Source: Candidatus Latescibacterota bacterium
Lineage (GTDB): Bacteria; Latescibacterota; UBA2968
NCBI GenBank assembly: GCA_965198115.1
Contig: OZ240241.1
Location: forward strand, 5,184,001-5,248,000
Length of the DNA: 64,000 bases
Direction of reading: 5' to 3'
In this document: positions 49,043-58,423 of the stretch, piece after piece
How the letters are laid out: every line of letters begins with the position of its first letter
How positions within the stretch are numbered: the stretch's first letter is position 1
Translations under genes and position numbers: made by a program
The notes under the pieces: model-generated
Database searches by the model: none
Told to the model about the DNA's origin: nothing
What the model saw: the letters and a program-made list of their open reading frames with translations, nothing else

Positions 49043-49680
49043 ATGCTCGAATTCGATGGAAGCAGGTTTGCGAAACGCTGGCGGAGGTCGTCGATCCTAA
49101 TCGTGCGATCCTGGCCGTCATCGACATCGAAAACTCGCCGATGTGGGATGACGGGACCGATCGTGTCATCTTCGACAAGGTGAAGATGCTGACACAGGCG
49201 GCTCGTTCGGCGGGTCTTCCGGTATTCTACTTCTACAACTATCGAGGGCCGGGTCTTCGCAACATCTCCGCCGCTTACATTCGCGTTCTGATGAACCTCG
49301 GGCACGAACCCGAACAGATGGCCGCACGATTCGAGCCCGAAAGTGATCGCATGTGCGTGCATCCCGGCCTCGAACCTCAACCCGACGATATCATCATCCC
49401 CAAGGATCGGGGAAACGCGTTCGAAGGCACGGACCTGGACCTCATGTTGCGGACGATGCAGCGGGAAACAATCGTGCTCGTCGGATGCTCGACGGACTGG
49501 TGTGTCGAAGCTACGGCGTGGGGAGCCACGAACAAGGACCTCTACGTCGTCGTCGTGGAAGATTGCGTACGGTCACCGCGTCCCGACGGACACGATGCGG
49601 CTCTGAAGCAGTTCAGAGCACTGGGACTCGATGTCGTAACGTCGGACGACTTGAAGACAGTATGGGAGGATACGCCATGA
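49043..49680 (+). pseudogene. Isochorismatase-like cysteine hydrolase, apparent 1-bp deletion near 49058
   Basis: MLEFDG then shifted QVCETLAEVVDP.RAILAVID; K...AFEGT.L, GCSTDWCVE; paralogue of 3426-4097. Confidence 0.8.
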
Positions 49681-50531
49681 GTCAGATTGCCAGCATGCAG
49701 CCTATGAGAACGGCCGACTGTGAGCCCACCCTGACCGATACCCAGGTCCTGGAGTTCTGTCGCAAGGGTTGTTTGTTCTTCGAAGCCGTCGTACCCAACG
49801 ACATCAACAAACGCGCGTTCGACTTCATCGCCGAAAACGGTCAGAACCCGCTCCGGCAGGAGGACTGGTTCGTAGAGAACGTCTTCCTGAATCCTGCTGC
49901 CGCCGGCGCAGTGCGATCCCTGCTTGGCGCGAACTTCGCGCTTCCCGTCGGCATCTCCAATCACCTGGTCGAATGTCCGGCGCCCAAACAGAATTGGCAT
50001 CGCGACGGGGGTTCCCGCTACGGTCCCGCGGTCAACAACCTGCAGGTGTTCTACTACCCGCAAGACACGCCGGCCGAAATGGGCCCCACCGAAGTCTATC
50101 CCGGCTCGCATCATCTCTTTGCCCTGCAGAGCTGGATGGGACACTACGATCGCATCAAGGGCGCCGTAGAGACCGCCGCGCCCGCCGGCTCGATCTTCAT
50201 CACCGCCTACTCCATCTGGCACCGACGATCGGCGTCGACGGCGAAGGGCACGCGTAACCTCCTTAAGTATTCCTACTGGCGAACGGTCGCGCCCAAACGG
50301 GATTGGGTCACCGACCCCGATTTCAATCTCTCGACCCACGAATACGTCCCGAACGGTCTCCCGGGTCAGCAGTTCCGCGACTGGTACGACGCCGCGGCGA
50401 TGTTCTTCTGGCTGTGCGGCGACGACCGGCCGCTTCAGGCCATCCTTGGCGGCAAAGGCTGGCCGATGGGCTATCCACCACCCAGAGCCGGCGCGAATAC
50501 CTTTCCACCCGAAGGTTTTCAGAGGTTCTAG
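49677..50531 (+). CDS. PhyH-family dioxygenase (paralogue D1)
   Basis: PTLTD.QV.EFCRKG, WHRDGG, QVFYYPQDT..EMGPTEV.PGSH, IWHR; paralogue of 61640. Confidence 0.9.
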   Translation: MSQIASMQPMRTADCEPTLTDTQVLEFCRKGCLFFEAVVPNDINKRAFDFIAENGQNPLRQEDWFVENVFLNPAAAGAVRSLLGANFALPVGISNHLVECPAPKQNWHRDGGSRYGPAVNNLQVFYYPQDTPAEMGPTEVYPGSHHLFALQSWMGHYDRIKGAVETAAPAGSIFITAYSIWHRRSASTAKGTRNLLKYSYWRTVAPKRDWVTDPDFNLSTHEYVPNGLPGQQFRDWYDAAAMFFWLCGDDRPLQAILGGKGWPMGYPPPRAGANTFPPEGFQRF

Positions 50532-50534
50532 GAC

Positions 50535-50789
50535 ATGCAAGATCTCCTCTACCTCCAGGCCAACAGCACCTCTCTTGACTCTGGCGTGCTGGGCATGACG
50601 CTCGTGGTCGACGGTCAGATCGTCGAGGTCGCGGAAGACCCTGCCGATTGGCCCTACCAATCCGTCCTCGACGCGATCCGGGACGGCTGGCACGTCATCC
50701 AGTTTCCAAACCTTGCGATGTTAATGGACGAATCGCGAACGTACGGACTCGGCTGCGAATTCATCCTGGAGAAAACGAAGACAACGTGA
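50535..50789 (+). CDS. Conserved small hypothetical protein (84 aa)
   Basis: Starts 3 nt after the D1 stop; clear paralogue in 61147-61503 (LLYLQA, DP..WPY..VL.A..DGW.VI.FP, YGLGC.F.LEK). Confidence 0.85.
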   Translation: MQDLLYLQANSTSLDSGVLGMTLVVDGQIVEVAEDPADWPYQSVLDAIRDGWHVIQFPNLAMLMDESRTYGLGCEFILEKTKTT

Positions 50790-50896
50790 CCACAATCGAG
50801 TTCGAAGCGCTCCGGCAGCTCACCTTAGCCATCTACCGCAAGACAGGCGCACCCGATTCCCTCGGTACAACCAACGTCCTGATCGGACACGGATAG
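50786..50896 (+). pseudogene. Remnant resembling an Ldh_2-family N-terminus
   Basis: GTG overlapping upstream TGA; VTTIEFEALRQLTLAIYRKTGAPDS then early stop. Confidence 0.4.
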
Positions 50897-50910
50897 ATTG
50901 GAGCAGACCC

Positions 50911-51723
50911 ATGCCCGCGACGTGCGACAACGTCGATCTCGACCTCAGGATCGCGGAATTCAAGATCAACGGTTACGTCGTACTCGAGGACATGCTGCCG
51001 GAGGACACGATCGATCGCGTGCGAGAGGCCTTCTTCCCGATGCTCGAGTACGTCAAGAATCGAGAAACAGAAGAATCATCCGTTGAGACAGGCGACGTTC
51101 GAACAGGACTCGGAAGACTCCAGATAACGAATCGATACACCTTGACGATTCCGTGGGTGGAACCCTTCGCCAATCCCGAAATCTTCGAGCACCCTGTGAT
51201 CCTCGAGTTTCTCGAACGCTACTGGGGCACGGACGACTTCGTCATCGTGTGCTACCACTCGAACAACCCCTATCCGGGGAGCGACTTCCAGCGATGGCAC
51301 CGCGACACGGGGATCGCACGGGACATTCCTCACGTAGGATTGGAGAAAACCCCCATCGTCGGCGTGAAATTTCCTCTCGTGGAAACGTCTGAAGAAAACG
51401 GGAGCATCGAGGTCTTGCCGAGCACGCAGTATCTGGCCGACCCGGACCTCGAAGGCCGTTACGACGAGATCCTCACGTCGGGCCGCTTTCCTTCCTCGCA
51501 TCGTCTCAACATGAAAAAGGGATCGATGTGGGTTCAGGACGTCCGAACGCTCCATCGAGGTACTCCAAACCGATCGGAGGGACCACGACCCGAGCTCGTC
51601 GTGTGCTACTGCCGGCCCTATTGGAACATCAGCCATCGAATGGATATGGCTGCCGACCTCTACGACGGTCTGTCGGACCGCGGGAAGAACCTGCTCATCA
51701 GGCGCAACATTGTTGATTGGTAG
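50911..51723 (+). CDS. PhyH-family dioxygenase, KanJ-like
   Basis: SN...PGS.FQRWHRD, FPLVE...ENGSIE, DVRTLHRGTPN....RP. Confidence 0.9.
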   Translation: MPATCDNVDLDLRIAEFKINGYVVLEDMLPEDTIDRVREAFFPMLEYVKNRETEESSVETGDVRTGLGRLQITNRYTLTIPWVEPFANPEIFEHPVILEFLERYWGTDDFVIVCYHSNNPYPGSDFQRWHRDTGIARDIPHVGLEKTPIVGVKFPLVETSEENGSIEVLPSTQYLADPDLEGRYDEILTSGRFPSSHRLNMKKGSMWVQDVRTLHRGTPNRSEGPRPELVVCYCRPYWNISHRMDMAADLYDGLSDRGKNLLIRRNIVDW

Positions 51724-51741
51724 AGATCAGGAGGAATAGAC

Positions 51742-52761
51742 GTGGCATCGTATCGAGGGGCAGTTATCGGGTGCGGGCGCATCGGCAGCACGATTGATGA
51801 CGAACACGTTGGCAAGCCGCAGTTTCGGTATCCCTGGGCTCACGCACCGGCGATGATCGAAGCGAAGGGAATCGACCTCGTCGCAGCGTCCGATCTGAGT
51901 ACGGATCAGCTGGATGACTTCAAGCAACGGTGGGGCGTCACCGCGCTCTACACCGACTATCGCGAGATGATCGAAAAGGAGAAACCCGATATCGTCAGCG
52001 TCACCACGCGGGCAGAAGAACGCGCCGACGTGGTGATCGGCGTGGCGGAGACGGGCGTCAGGGCGATTTATGCGACGAAGCCGATGTGTCGCAGCCTCGC
52101 AGAAGCAGACGCGATGATCGACACGTGTCGCAAGAACGGTGTCGTCCTCGCCATCGCGTGTCACAAGAACTGGAGTCCCTGGTTCCACGCCTGCCTCAAC
52201 TCGATCAGAAGCGGCATGATCGGTGACTTCTCATCGTTGGTCTGCAATTACGGCTGGAGCATGTCACGCGGACACAGCCACACCCTCGCCCTCTTCCGCC
52301 TCTTCTCCGACGCGCCGGCAAAGTGGGTCTTCGGCCATATGGATAGCGACGAAGCCGCTAACGGTGACGACGACCTGAGGGGCACCGGCATGATCCTCTA
52401 CGAAAACGGGATCCGCGGCTACCTGAACACCGGCGGATGGTTGAACATCGATTTCGTCGGCAGCGACGGATGGATCAGCGCGCGGAACGAACACGCTGAC
52501 TTCGAGATGTGGACGCGGCATCCGGACACGCGAGAGCCCATACGGCGTCAATTCCCGAACCCGAAACGCCCACGCAGTTCCCAGCAGGCCGCGATGGAAG
52601 GTCTGGTTCAGAACCTGACCGAAGGGACCGAGCCGTTGTGTCCGGGCGAGTTCGGGCGCGAAGCCCTCGAGATCGCGATCGGGATGAGGGAATCGCATCG
52701 GCGTGGTGGGGAGAAGATATCGTTGCCACTCGAGGATCGGAGCTTGACGATGTTGGCCTGA
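51742..52761 (+). CDS. Gfo/Idh/MocA oxidoreductase
   Basis: VIGCGRIG, YTDYREM, DIVSV.T, KPM, ALEI......SH. Confidence 0.88.
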   Translation: MASYRGAVIGCGRIGSTIDDEHVGKPQFRYPWAHAPAMIEAKGIDLVAASDLSTDQLDDFKQRWGVTALYTDYREMIEKEKPDIVSVTTRAEERADVVIGVAETGVRAIYATKPMCRSLAEADAMIDTCRKNGVVLAIACHKNWSPWFHACLNSIRSGMIGDFSSLVCNYGWSMSRGHSHTLALFRLFSDAPAKWVFGHMDSDEAANGDDDLRGTGMILYENGIRGYLNTGGWLNIDFVGSDGWISARNEHADFEMWTRHPDTREPIRRQFPNPKRPRSSQQAAMEGLVQNLTEGTEPLCPGEFGREALEIAIGMRESHRRGGEKISLPLEDRSLTMLA

Positions 52762-52773
52762 CGTTGGGGAGGA

Positions 52774-52831
52774 CAGAGGTCGGAAGTCAGAGGTCAGAAT
52801 CGGTGTTCGGTGTTCGGTGTTCGGTGTTCGG
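52774..52831. repeat. Heptamer tandem repeats: CAGAGGT-type then (CGGTGTT)4
   Basis: Direct reading of the intergenic sequence. Confidence 0.85.
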
Positions 52832-52847
52832 GGAAAATAGGTAAGCC

Positions 52848-54068
52848 ATGCAAGTCGATTCTCAACAGCTTCTAGAGAATGGGTACATCATCCTGCAAAA
52901 TGTTGTCCCGCCGGGAGATCTGCAGCATCTGCGTGACACGTTCGAGACCTTGCTCGATCGCCAGAAAGAGGTGTGGCGGGCGCAACGGAAACCCGATGAT
53001 CCGCTCGGTGGGGCCTTTGACACGTCCAAACAGCCCAGAGTGTTCTTCAACGAAGTCGTCGACGGTAAAACGGCCGACGCAGCCGGGTTCTGTCTCCACG
53101 AGAACACACTCGGGGTCAGCAGACAGCTCGTCAACGGCCCCGATGCCGCCGTCAGCCTTATGGCACTCATGTGCAGCCCGACAAGCGACCACGGCCCCGC
53201 TCATTGGCATCGTGACGTGAATCCTCCTGCGCTTGCGCCGCTTCGAGGACTGCAGACGGATATGCTGGAAGGCGGTGTCAGCTACGTTCAGTGGAATATT
53301 CCACTCTACGAAGACAGTGTGCTTTGGGTCGTCCCGGGAAGTCACATCCGCCCCAACACCGATGAAGAGCACAACCACCTTCTCACCGGCCAGCACACTC
53401 CCATACCTGGCAGTATCCCTGTCGAGCTGAACGCCGGCGACGGGGTCGTCTACAGCAACCTGATCCTTCATTGGGGGAGTGACTACAGCCCGAAGCTGCG
53501 ACGAACGATTCATATCTCTTACCGTTCGTTCGACGGCAGGACGCTCCCATACGTCAGCCACAACTACTGGCGAGCGGATCTGGCGAAAGAGCTCCCCGGG
53601 GACATCGGACGTGGTTTCGAGCAATTCGTTGAGTTGGAAAGTGGGAGATACGACCAGATCGAGGTGTTCTTTCGGGCGATCATCGACAAGGACCCCGACC
53701 GTTTTCGCGATGCGCTGGCTATCATCCATCCAGCCGAAACTGCGAGAATGGTTGCGGTCGTCCTGATGTGCAGGATGGCCGACAAGATCCGGAAGCTCAA
53801 ACATCCTGATGTCATTAGTCTGCCGTTCGAGGAACGCGTCGCCGCTGTGCTCGAGCACCGGTTGAGCTTCCAGCCTTACGAAACGTTCGCCGATCGCTTC
53901 ACGAAGCCGGATGCCGACGCCCTGTGGTCTCGCTTCGAGATACTCGCCACCAGACTTCAGGCCGACGTCGACCGCGTTTTCGACATCGACAGTCCTCCTT
54001 CGCGATACCTCTACATGGACATGCCAGAGAACTTCGAAGTCGAAGATTTCATCGCCAGCTGGAATTGA
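52848..54068 (+). CDS. PhyH-family dioxygenase with long C-terminal extension
   Basis: ENGYIIL, HWHRD, QWNIPL, VVPGSH, ILHWG.....RR; ~180 extra residues. Confidence 0.85.
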   Translation: MQVDSQQLLENGYIILQNVVPPGDLQHLRDTFETLLDRQKEVWRAQRKPDDPLGGAFDTSKQPRVFFNEVVDGKTADAAGFCLHENTLGVSRQLVNGPDAAVSLMALMCSPTSDHGPAHWHRDVNPPALAPLRGLQTDMLEGGVSYVQWNIPLYEDSVLWVVPGSHIRPNTDEEHNHLLTGQHTPIPGSIPVELNAGDGVVYSNLILHWGSDYSPKLRRTIHISYRSFDGRTLPYVSHNYWRADLAKELPGDIGRGFEQFVELESGRYDQIEVFFRAIIDKDPDRFRDALAIIHPAETARMVAVVLMCRMADKIRKLKHPDVISLPFEERVAAVLEHRLSFQPYETFADRFTKPDADALWSRFEILATRLQADVDRVFDIDSPPSRYLYMDMPENFEVEDFIASWN

Positions 54069-54069
54069 A

Positions 54070-56010
54070 ATGTCCTCTCCTTCGGAACCAACCGTCACCG
54101 AAACGGTATTCGGCTGCAGCGTCGACTACGACGTGATGATGCCGATGCGTGATGGGGTCCGGCTGGTCGCCGACATCTACTGGCCGACCGACGAAGCCGA
54201 CCAGCGGCTGCAAGAGGATCTCGCGACAATCCTGGTCCGAACGTCCTACAACAAGACCAACGTCGAATGGGACGGCGTGCCCGAATACTACGCAGCTCGA
54301 GGGTTCGTCTTCATCATTCAGGATCTGCGATCCCGCTATAAATCCGAAGGCGACGGACGCTACTATCACACCTGCAACCCGTGGGAGGGCGACGACGGTT
54401 TTGACACGGTGGAATGGATCGCCTCGCAGCCGTGGTCGAACAGTAGAGTCGGGATGATGGGTAGTTCTCACCGCGCAATCGTGCAGACCCAGGCGGCCCT
54501 CCATCGGCCCCCCCATCTCACGACCATTTGCCCGGAGCAGGGCCCCACCAACATCTACCTCCACGAAGCGCGCGAAGGCGGGGCGATGGCGCTCCATATG
54601 TATATGGCCATCTGCAACCACGCCCTCGACTCGCAGGAGATCCGCGACGACGAAGAGGCCGTCCGTCAGGTTGCGGCCGCCCTCGCCGACGCACGAAACT
54701 GGCTCCAGAAACTGCCACCTACACGAGAAGACAATCCCCTGACCGTAGCGCCCCATCTCGAACAAACGCTATTCGACTACTTTCAACGCGGCGAGTACGA
54801 CGACTGGTGGTCCCAGGAGTGCAACGACCAGACTCCCTACTGGGATCGCCACGCCGACATCCCTTGTCTGATCACGGGCGGCTGGTTCGATCCGTTCATC
54901 GACGGCACAACCGAATACTTCGAATCGATGGTCGCACGCAACAGTACACCCTCGCGCATGATCATCGGCCCCTGGGGTCACGGCACGATGCGCGTCAAGA
55001 CGACCTCCCTCGGCGACGTCGATTTCGGTCAATCGGCGTCGCAAGGCTATCCACAGCACAACGAACTGCGTGTGCGCTGGTTCGACCAGTGGTTGCGCGA
55101 CGGGGTCAACGGTGTCGAGTCGGATGCGCCCGTTGAGATCTTCGTGATGGGTGGCGGGTCAGGTCGAAAGACTGAAGAAGGACTGCTCGACCACGGAGGT
55201 GCCTGGCGATCGGAGAAGGTCTGGCCGATCGCTCGCGCCGTCTCCCAGACCCATTATCTCACACTCGATGGCTGTCTCCGACCCGATCCCCCTGACGACG
55301 CTGCCCGTCTCGATTACCGATACGACCCCGCGGACCCTGTGCCGTCTGCCGGTGGTGCGCTAGCGCACCTGCTCGAGCTCGAACTGACTGAAGACGTGCG
55401 ACTCGACGACGTACCACCTTTCGGTCGACGCGCCGCGGTTTATCGTCAGCGTCGCGAGATCGTACCCTGGGGGCCGAGAGATCAGCGGGAAGAAGCGTGG
55501 ATGATGGGAAATCGCACACCGGGCAAGCGGCTGGCAGAGCGACAGGACGTGCTCGTTTTCGAAACCGATCCGCTCGAACAGAACACCGAGGTCACGGGAC
55601 AGGTCGCCGTCAACCTCTGGGTATCCTCATCCGCGCCCGACACGGACTTCACGGCCAAGCTCGTCGACGTCTATCCGCCCAACGATGATTATCCTGAAGG
55701 CTATGAAATGAACCTCACGGACACGGTCCTCAGGATGCGTTACCGGAATGGCTGGACCGAATCTGTCCTGATGAATGCGGGTGAGGTCTACGCCATCTCC
55801 ATCCTTCTGCCCGGCACGAGCAACCTGTTTCAGAGGGGACACCGAATTCGGCTGGACGTCTCGAGCAGCAACTTCCCACGGCTCGAACCCAACCCGAACA
55901 CGGGGGAGCCTGTCGGTCGGCACACGCATCTCGCCATCGCCAACAACAGTCTTCACCTCGGTCACGAGACACCTTCGCACATCGTGCTACCGATCGTCCC
56001 ACCCTGCTGA
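54070..56010 (+). CDS. CocE/NonD-family serine hydrolase
   Basis: MRDGVRL..D.Y.P, DG.DTVEWIA.QPWS, GSSH nucleophile elbow, GGWFD, IGPW.H, DTDFTAKL, LDVSSSNFP. Confidence 0.95.
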   Translation: MSSPSEPTVTETVFGCSVDYDVMMPMRDGVRLVADIYWPTDEADQRLQEDLATILVRTSYNKTNVEWDGVPEYYAARGFVFIIQDLRSRYKSEGDGRYYHTCNPWEGDDGFDTVEWIASQPWSNSRVGMMGSSHRAIVQTQAALHRPPHLTTICPEQGPTNIYLHEAREGGAMALHMYMAICNHALDSQEIRDDEEAVRQVAAALADARNWLQKLPPTREDNPLTVAPHLEQTLFDYFQRGEYDDWWSQECNDQTPYWDRHADIPCLITGGWFDPFIDGTTEYFESMVARNSTPSRMIIGPWGHGTMRVKTTSLGDVDFGQSASQGYPQHNELRVRWFDQWLRDGVNGVESDAPVEIFVMGGGSGRKTEEGLLDHGGAWRSEKVWPIARAVSQTHYLTLDGCLRPDPPDDAARLDYRYDPADPVPSAGGALAHLLELELTEDVRLDDVPPFGRRAAVYRQRREIVPWGPRDQREEAWMMGNRTPGKRLAERQDVLVFETDPLEQNTEVTGQVAVNLWVSSSAPDTDFTAKLVDVYPPNDDYPEGYEMNLTDTVLRMRYRNGWTESVLMNAGEVYAISILLPGTSNLFQRGHRIRLDVSSSNFPRLEPNPNTGEPVGRHTHLAIANNSLHLGHETPSHIVLPIVPPC

Positions 56011-56063
56011 CGGTTGTACCGACGTTCTGGGCCTTCATCCGCTCCTCAACGGAGACTGATCAC

Positions 56064-56936
56064 GTGCACGTGATCCACGAATGGAACGATCAGAAAGCCC
56101 TCATCCGCGTGGAAGGGCTAAAGGACAGCGTACACGCCCTGCATATCTCCGACACGCATATGGGCTTGATCGATGAGCGCGACGCACCTAAGCTGGATCG
56201 TTGCCGCGGGATGGGGGAACGTTTCCACACACGGCACGAGAATCGAGATAGCCAGGGTGGCATCATTCCACAGGAAGAGGCCTACCGGCAGATGCTGGCG
56301 CGAGCCGCCGAGGAGAAGGTCGATCTGCTGGCGTTGACGGGGGACATCGTCGACTTTCCCTCTCGAGCAAACGTCGAGTACGCGCACGATCAGATTGTCG
56401 ACATCGATGTGCCCACACTCTACACCGCTGGCAATCACGATTGGCAGTTCAAGGGACACGAACCGACGTCGGAGGTGCGGACGAAGTATTGGCCCTTGTT
56501 GGAGCCCCTGCATCAGGGCGAACCAGCTTTCTCTCGACGCCTTATCAACGGTCTCCAATTCCTGGCTGTTGACAACTCGATATACCAGATCGAAGAGGAA
56601 CAACTGGAATCGACCCGGCTCGCCTTGGACGAAGGCACACCGACCGTCATCCTGCTGCACATCCCGCTGAGTCTACCCACGCTGCGAGATGCCGTCATCG
56701 ACGTCTGGGGTGAGCCGATCCTGATGGGGGATCCGGAACGGCCAGAGGCCGAAGAGGATACGGCCTGCACGCGTGCGTTCATCCAACTCGTTGCCGGCGC
56801 CGAAAACCTCGTCGCGATCCTCTGCGGACACATCCATCATTCGCACGTCGACGCCCTGAACCCCTGGGCTGCTCAATATCTCTCACCACCAGGTTATGCG
56901 GGGGAGTGTCGTCTGTTCGAATGGCAGCCGATGTGA
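56064..56936 (+). CDS. Calcineurin-like metallophosphoesterase
   Basis: SDTH, GD.VD, GNHD, H.P, GHIH. Confidence 0.92.
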   Translation: MHVIHEWNDQKALIRVEGLKDSVHALHISDTHMGLIDERDAPKLDRCRGMGERFHTRHENRDSQGGIIPQEEAYRQMLARAAEEKVDLLALTGDIVDFPSRANVEYAHDQIVDIDVPTLYTAGNHDWQFKGHEPTSEVRTKYWPLLEPLHQGEPAFSRRLINGLQFLAVDNSIYQIEEEQLESTRLALDEGTPTVILLHIPLSLPTLRDAVIDVWGEPILMGDPERPEAEEDTACTRAFIQLVAGAENLVAILCGHIHHSHVDALNPWAAQYLSPPGYAGECRLFEWQPM

Positions 56937-56954
56937 GCGAGCTGCGAGTGCTTC

Positions 56955-57599
56955 GTGAACGCTGACAAGGAGCCCGGTGTGATCTACGAATTCCGAACCT
57001 ACAATCTCAAGACGCGCCAGCTGCAGGAATACTGGAAGCGGTTCACCGAAAAGCTGCCGGGCCGCGAAGCCTTCTCGAAGCTGGGCGGTCATTGGTATTC
57101 CGAGTTCGGGCTGCTCAATCAGATGGTCGCGGTCTGGCCCTACGAGGATCTCGATCAAAGGGCGGACATTCGCGAACGCGCCGAAGCGGGTCCGAATCCC
57201 GCGTGGCCGCCGAATTCGGGCGAGCTCATCATCGAAATGGTCTCCCGAATCTATCTGCCAGCCCCCTTCATGCGGCCCCTGAATCCCGGCACGTTCGGAC
57301 CCCTTTACGAGCTCCGACTCTACACCTACGCCGCGGAAGCCATCCCGACAGTCCTCGACGTGTGGGGCAACAACATCGAAGCGCGTGAAGCGCTTTCACC
57401 TCTGATCGGCTGTTGGTACACGGAATACGGCGGTCCCGACAACTTCATTCATCTTTGGGCGTATTCCTCTTTCGAAGAGCGTATGCGGATCCGACAGGAG
57501 TCCAGAGACCGTGAGATATGGCCGCCCAAGAGTCCCGTAATACCAGTCAGACAGGAAAGCAAGCTGCTGCTTCCCGCTCCCTTCTCGCCACTCCAGTAG
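56955..57599 (+). CDS. Double-domain NIPSNAP protein
   Basis: YEFRTY...W.Y..L..R and YELRLY...HLWAY.SFEER; ends LPAPFSPLQ. Confidence 0.92.
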   Translation: MNADKEPGVIYEFRTYNLKTRQLQEYWKRFTEKLPGREAFSKLGGHWYSEFGLLNQMVAVWPYEDLDQRADIRERAEAGPNPAWPPNSGELIIEMVSRIYLPAPFMRPLNPGTFGPLYELRLYTYAAEAIPTVLDVWGNNIEAREALSPLIGCWYTEYGGPDNFIHLWAYSSFEERMRIRQESRDREIWPPKSPVIPVRQESKLLLPAPFSPLQ

Positions 57600-57607
57600 G
57601 TTCGACA

Positions 57608-58405
57608 GTGCCGCACGATCCTTCAGCGAACGGCCAAAGAGTACCGATCCTCGTCTATCACCACGTCTATCCTGCGTCGAGTCCCGAGCTCGCGGCGATC
57701 GACTCGGCCGCAGGAGCCGGTGTTCTCGGGGAAGACGCATTCGTGCAGCAGATGCAATACCTCGCCGACGAAGGCTGGACCGTCGTATCGACGACGCGCG
57801 TCATCGACTGGGTCACGGAAGGCAGACCCATCCCCGAGAAAAGCGTCGTGCTGCACTTCGACAACGGATGGCTCGACACAGCAACGGTCGCGCTGCCCCT
57901 GTTGCGAAGATTCGCCTTCGCGGCCACCTGCTTTCCCATCACCGACGGCCTCGAAGCGGCCTCAAACCGTCGGTCGCACAAGGTTCGTACGTTGACCGAG
58001 GGCGTGGTCGAGAACCCATTTATGACCTGGGATCAGATCGAAGAACTCGTCAAAGACGGCTGGGACATCGGCGCCCACACGGCCACCCACTGCAAAATCG
58101 CTGAAAGGCACGGGGAACAAGGGGATGAGGGGGTGATCCGCGAGGCAGAAACGTCGAACGATTTGTTCCAACAGCGCCTCGGGTTCGTTCCCGATCACTT
58201 CGCCTATCCGAGTGGGTCTCGGAACGATGCCTCGGATTCCATCCTGTCACGCTACTATAAATCGCTTCGTCTATGGCACTTCGATTGGCCCATACACTGG
58301 TCCTTCACGAACCGCGACACGTCCCCTCTGGGAATTGAATGCCAGAACATCGACGTGCGCGTACCTTCCGAAGATTTCAAACGCATCTTCATCGAAGCCT
58401 CGTGA
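57608..58405 (+). CDS. Polysaccharide deacetylase (CE4, IcaB/PgaB-like)
   Basis: VPILVYHHV, HFDNG, MTW, IGAHTATH, FAYP.G. Confidence 0.85.
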   Translation: MPHDPSANGQRVPILVYHHVYPASSPELAAIDSAAGAGVLGEDAFVQQMQYLADEGWTVVSTTRVIDWVTEGRPIPEKSVVLHFDNGWLDTATVALPLLRRFAFAATCFPITDGLEAASNRRSHKVRTLTEGVVENPFMTWDQIEELVKDGWDIGAHTATHCKIAERHGEQGDEGVIREAETSNDLFQQRLGFVPDHFAYPSGSRNDASDSILSRYYKSLRLWHFDWPIHWSFTNRDTSPLGIECQNIDVRVPSEDFKRIFIEAS

Positions 58406-58423
58406 TCCACTAAGGAGATTGAA

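Noticed and set aside
34208-54098. Long minus-strand ORFs (e.g. 34208-35470, 37395-38657, 49542-50693, 52872-54098)
   Set aside because: Antisense shadows of recognisable plus-strand enzymes
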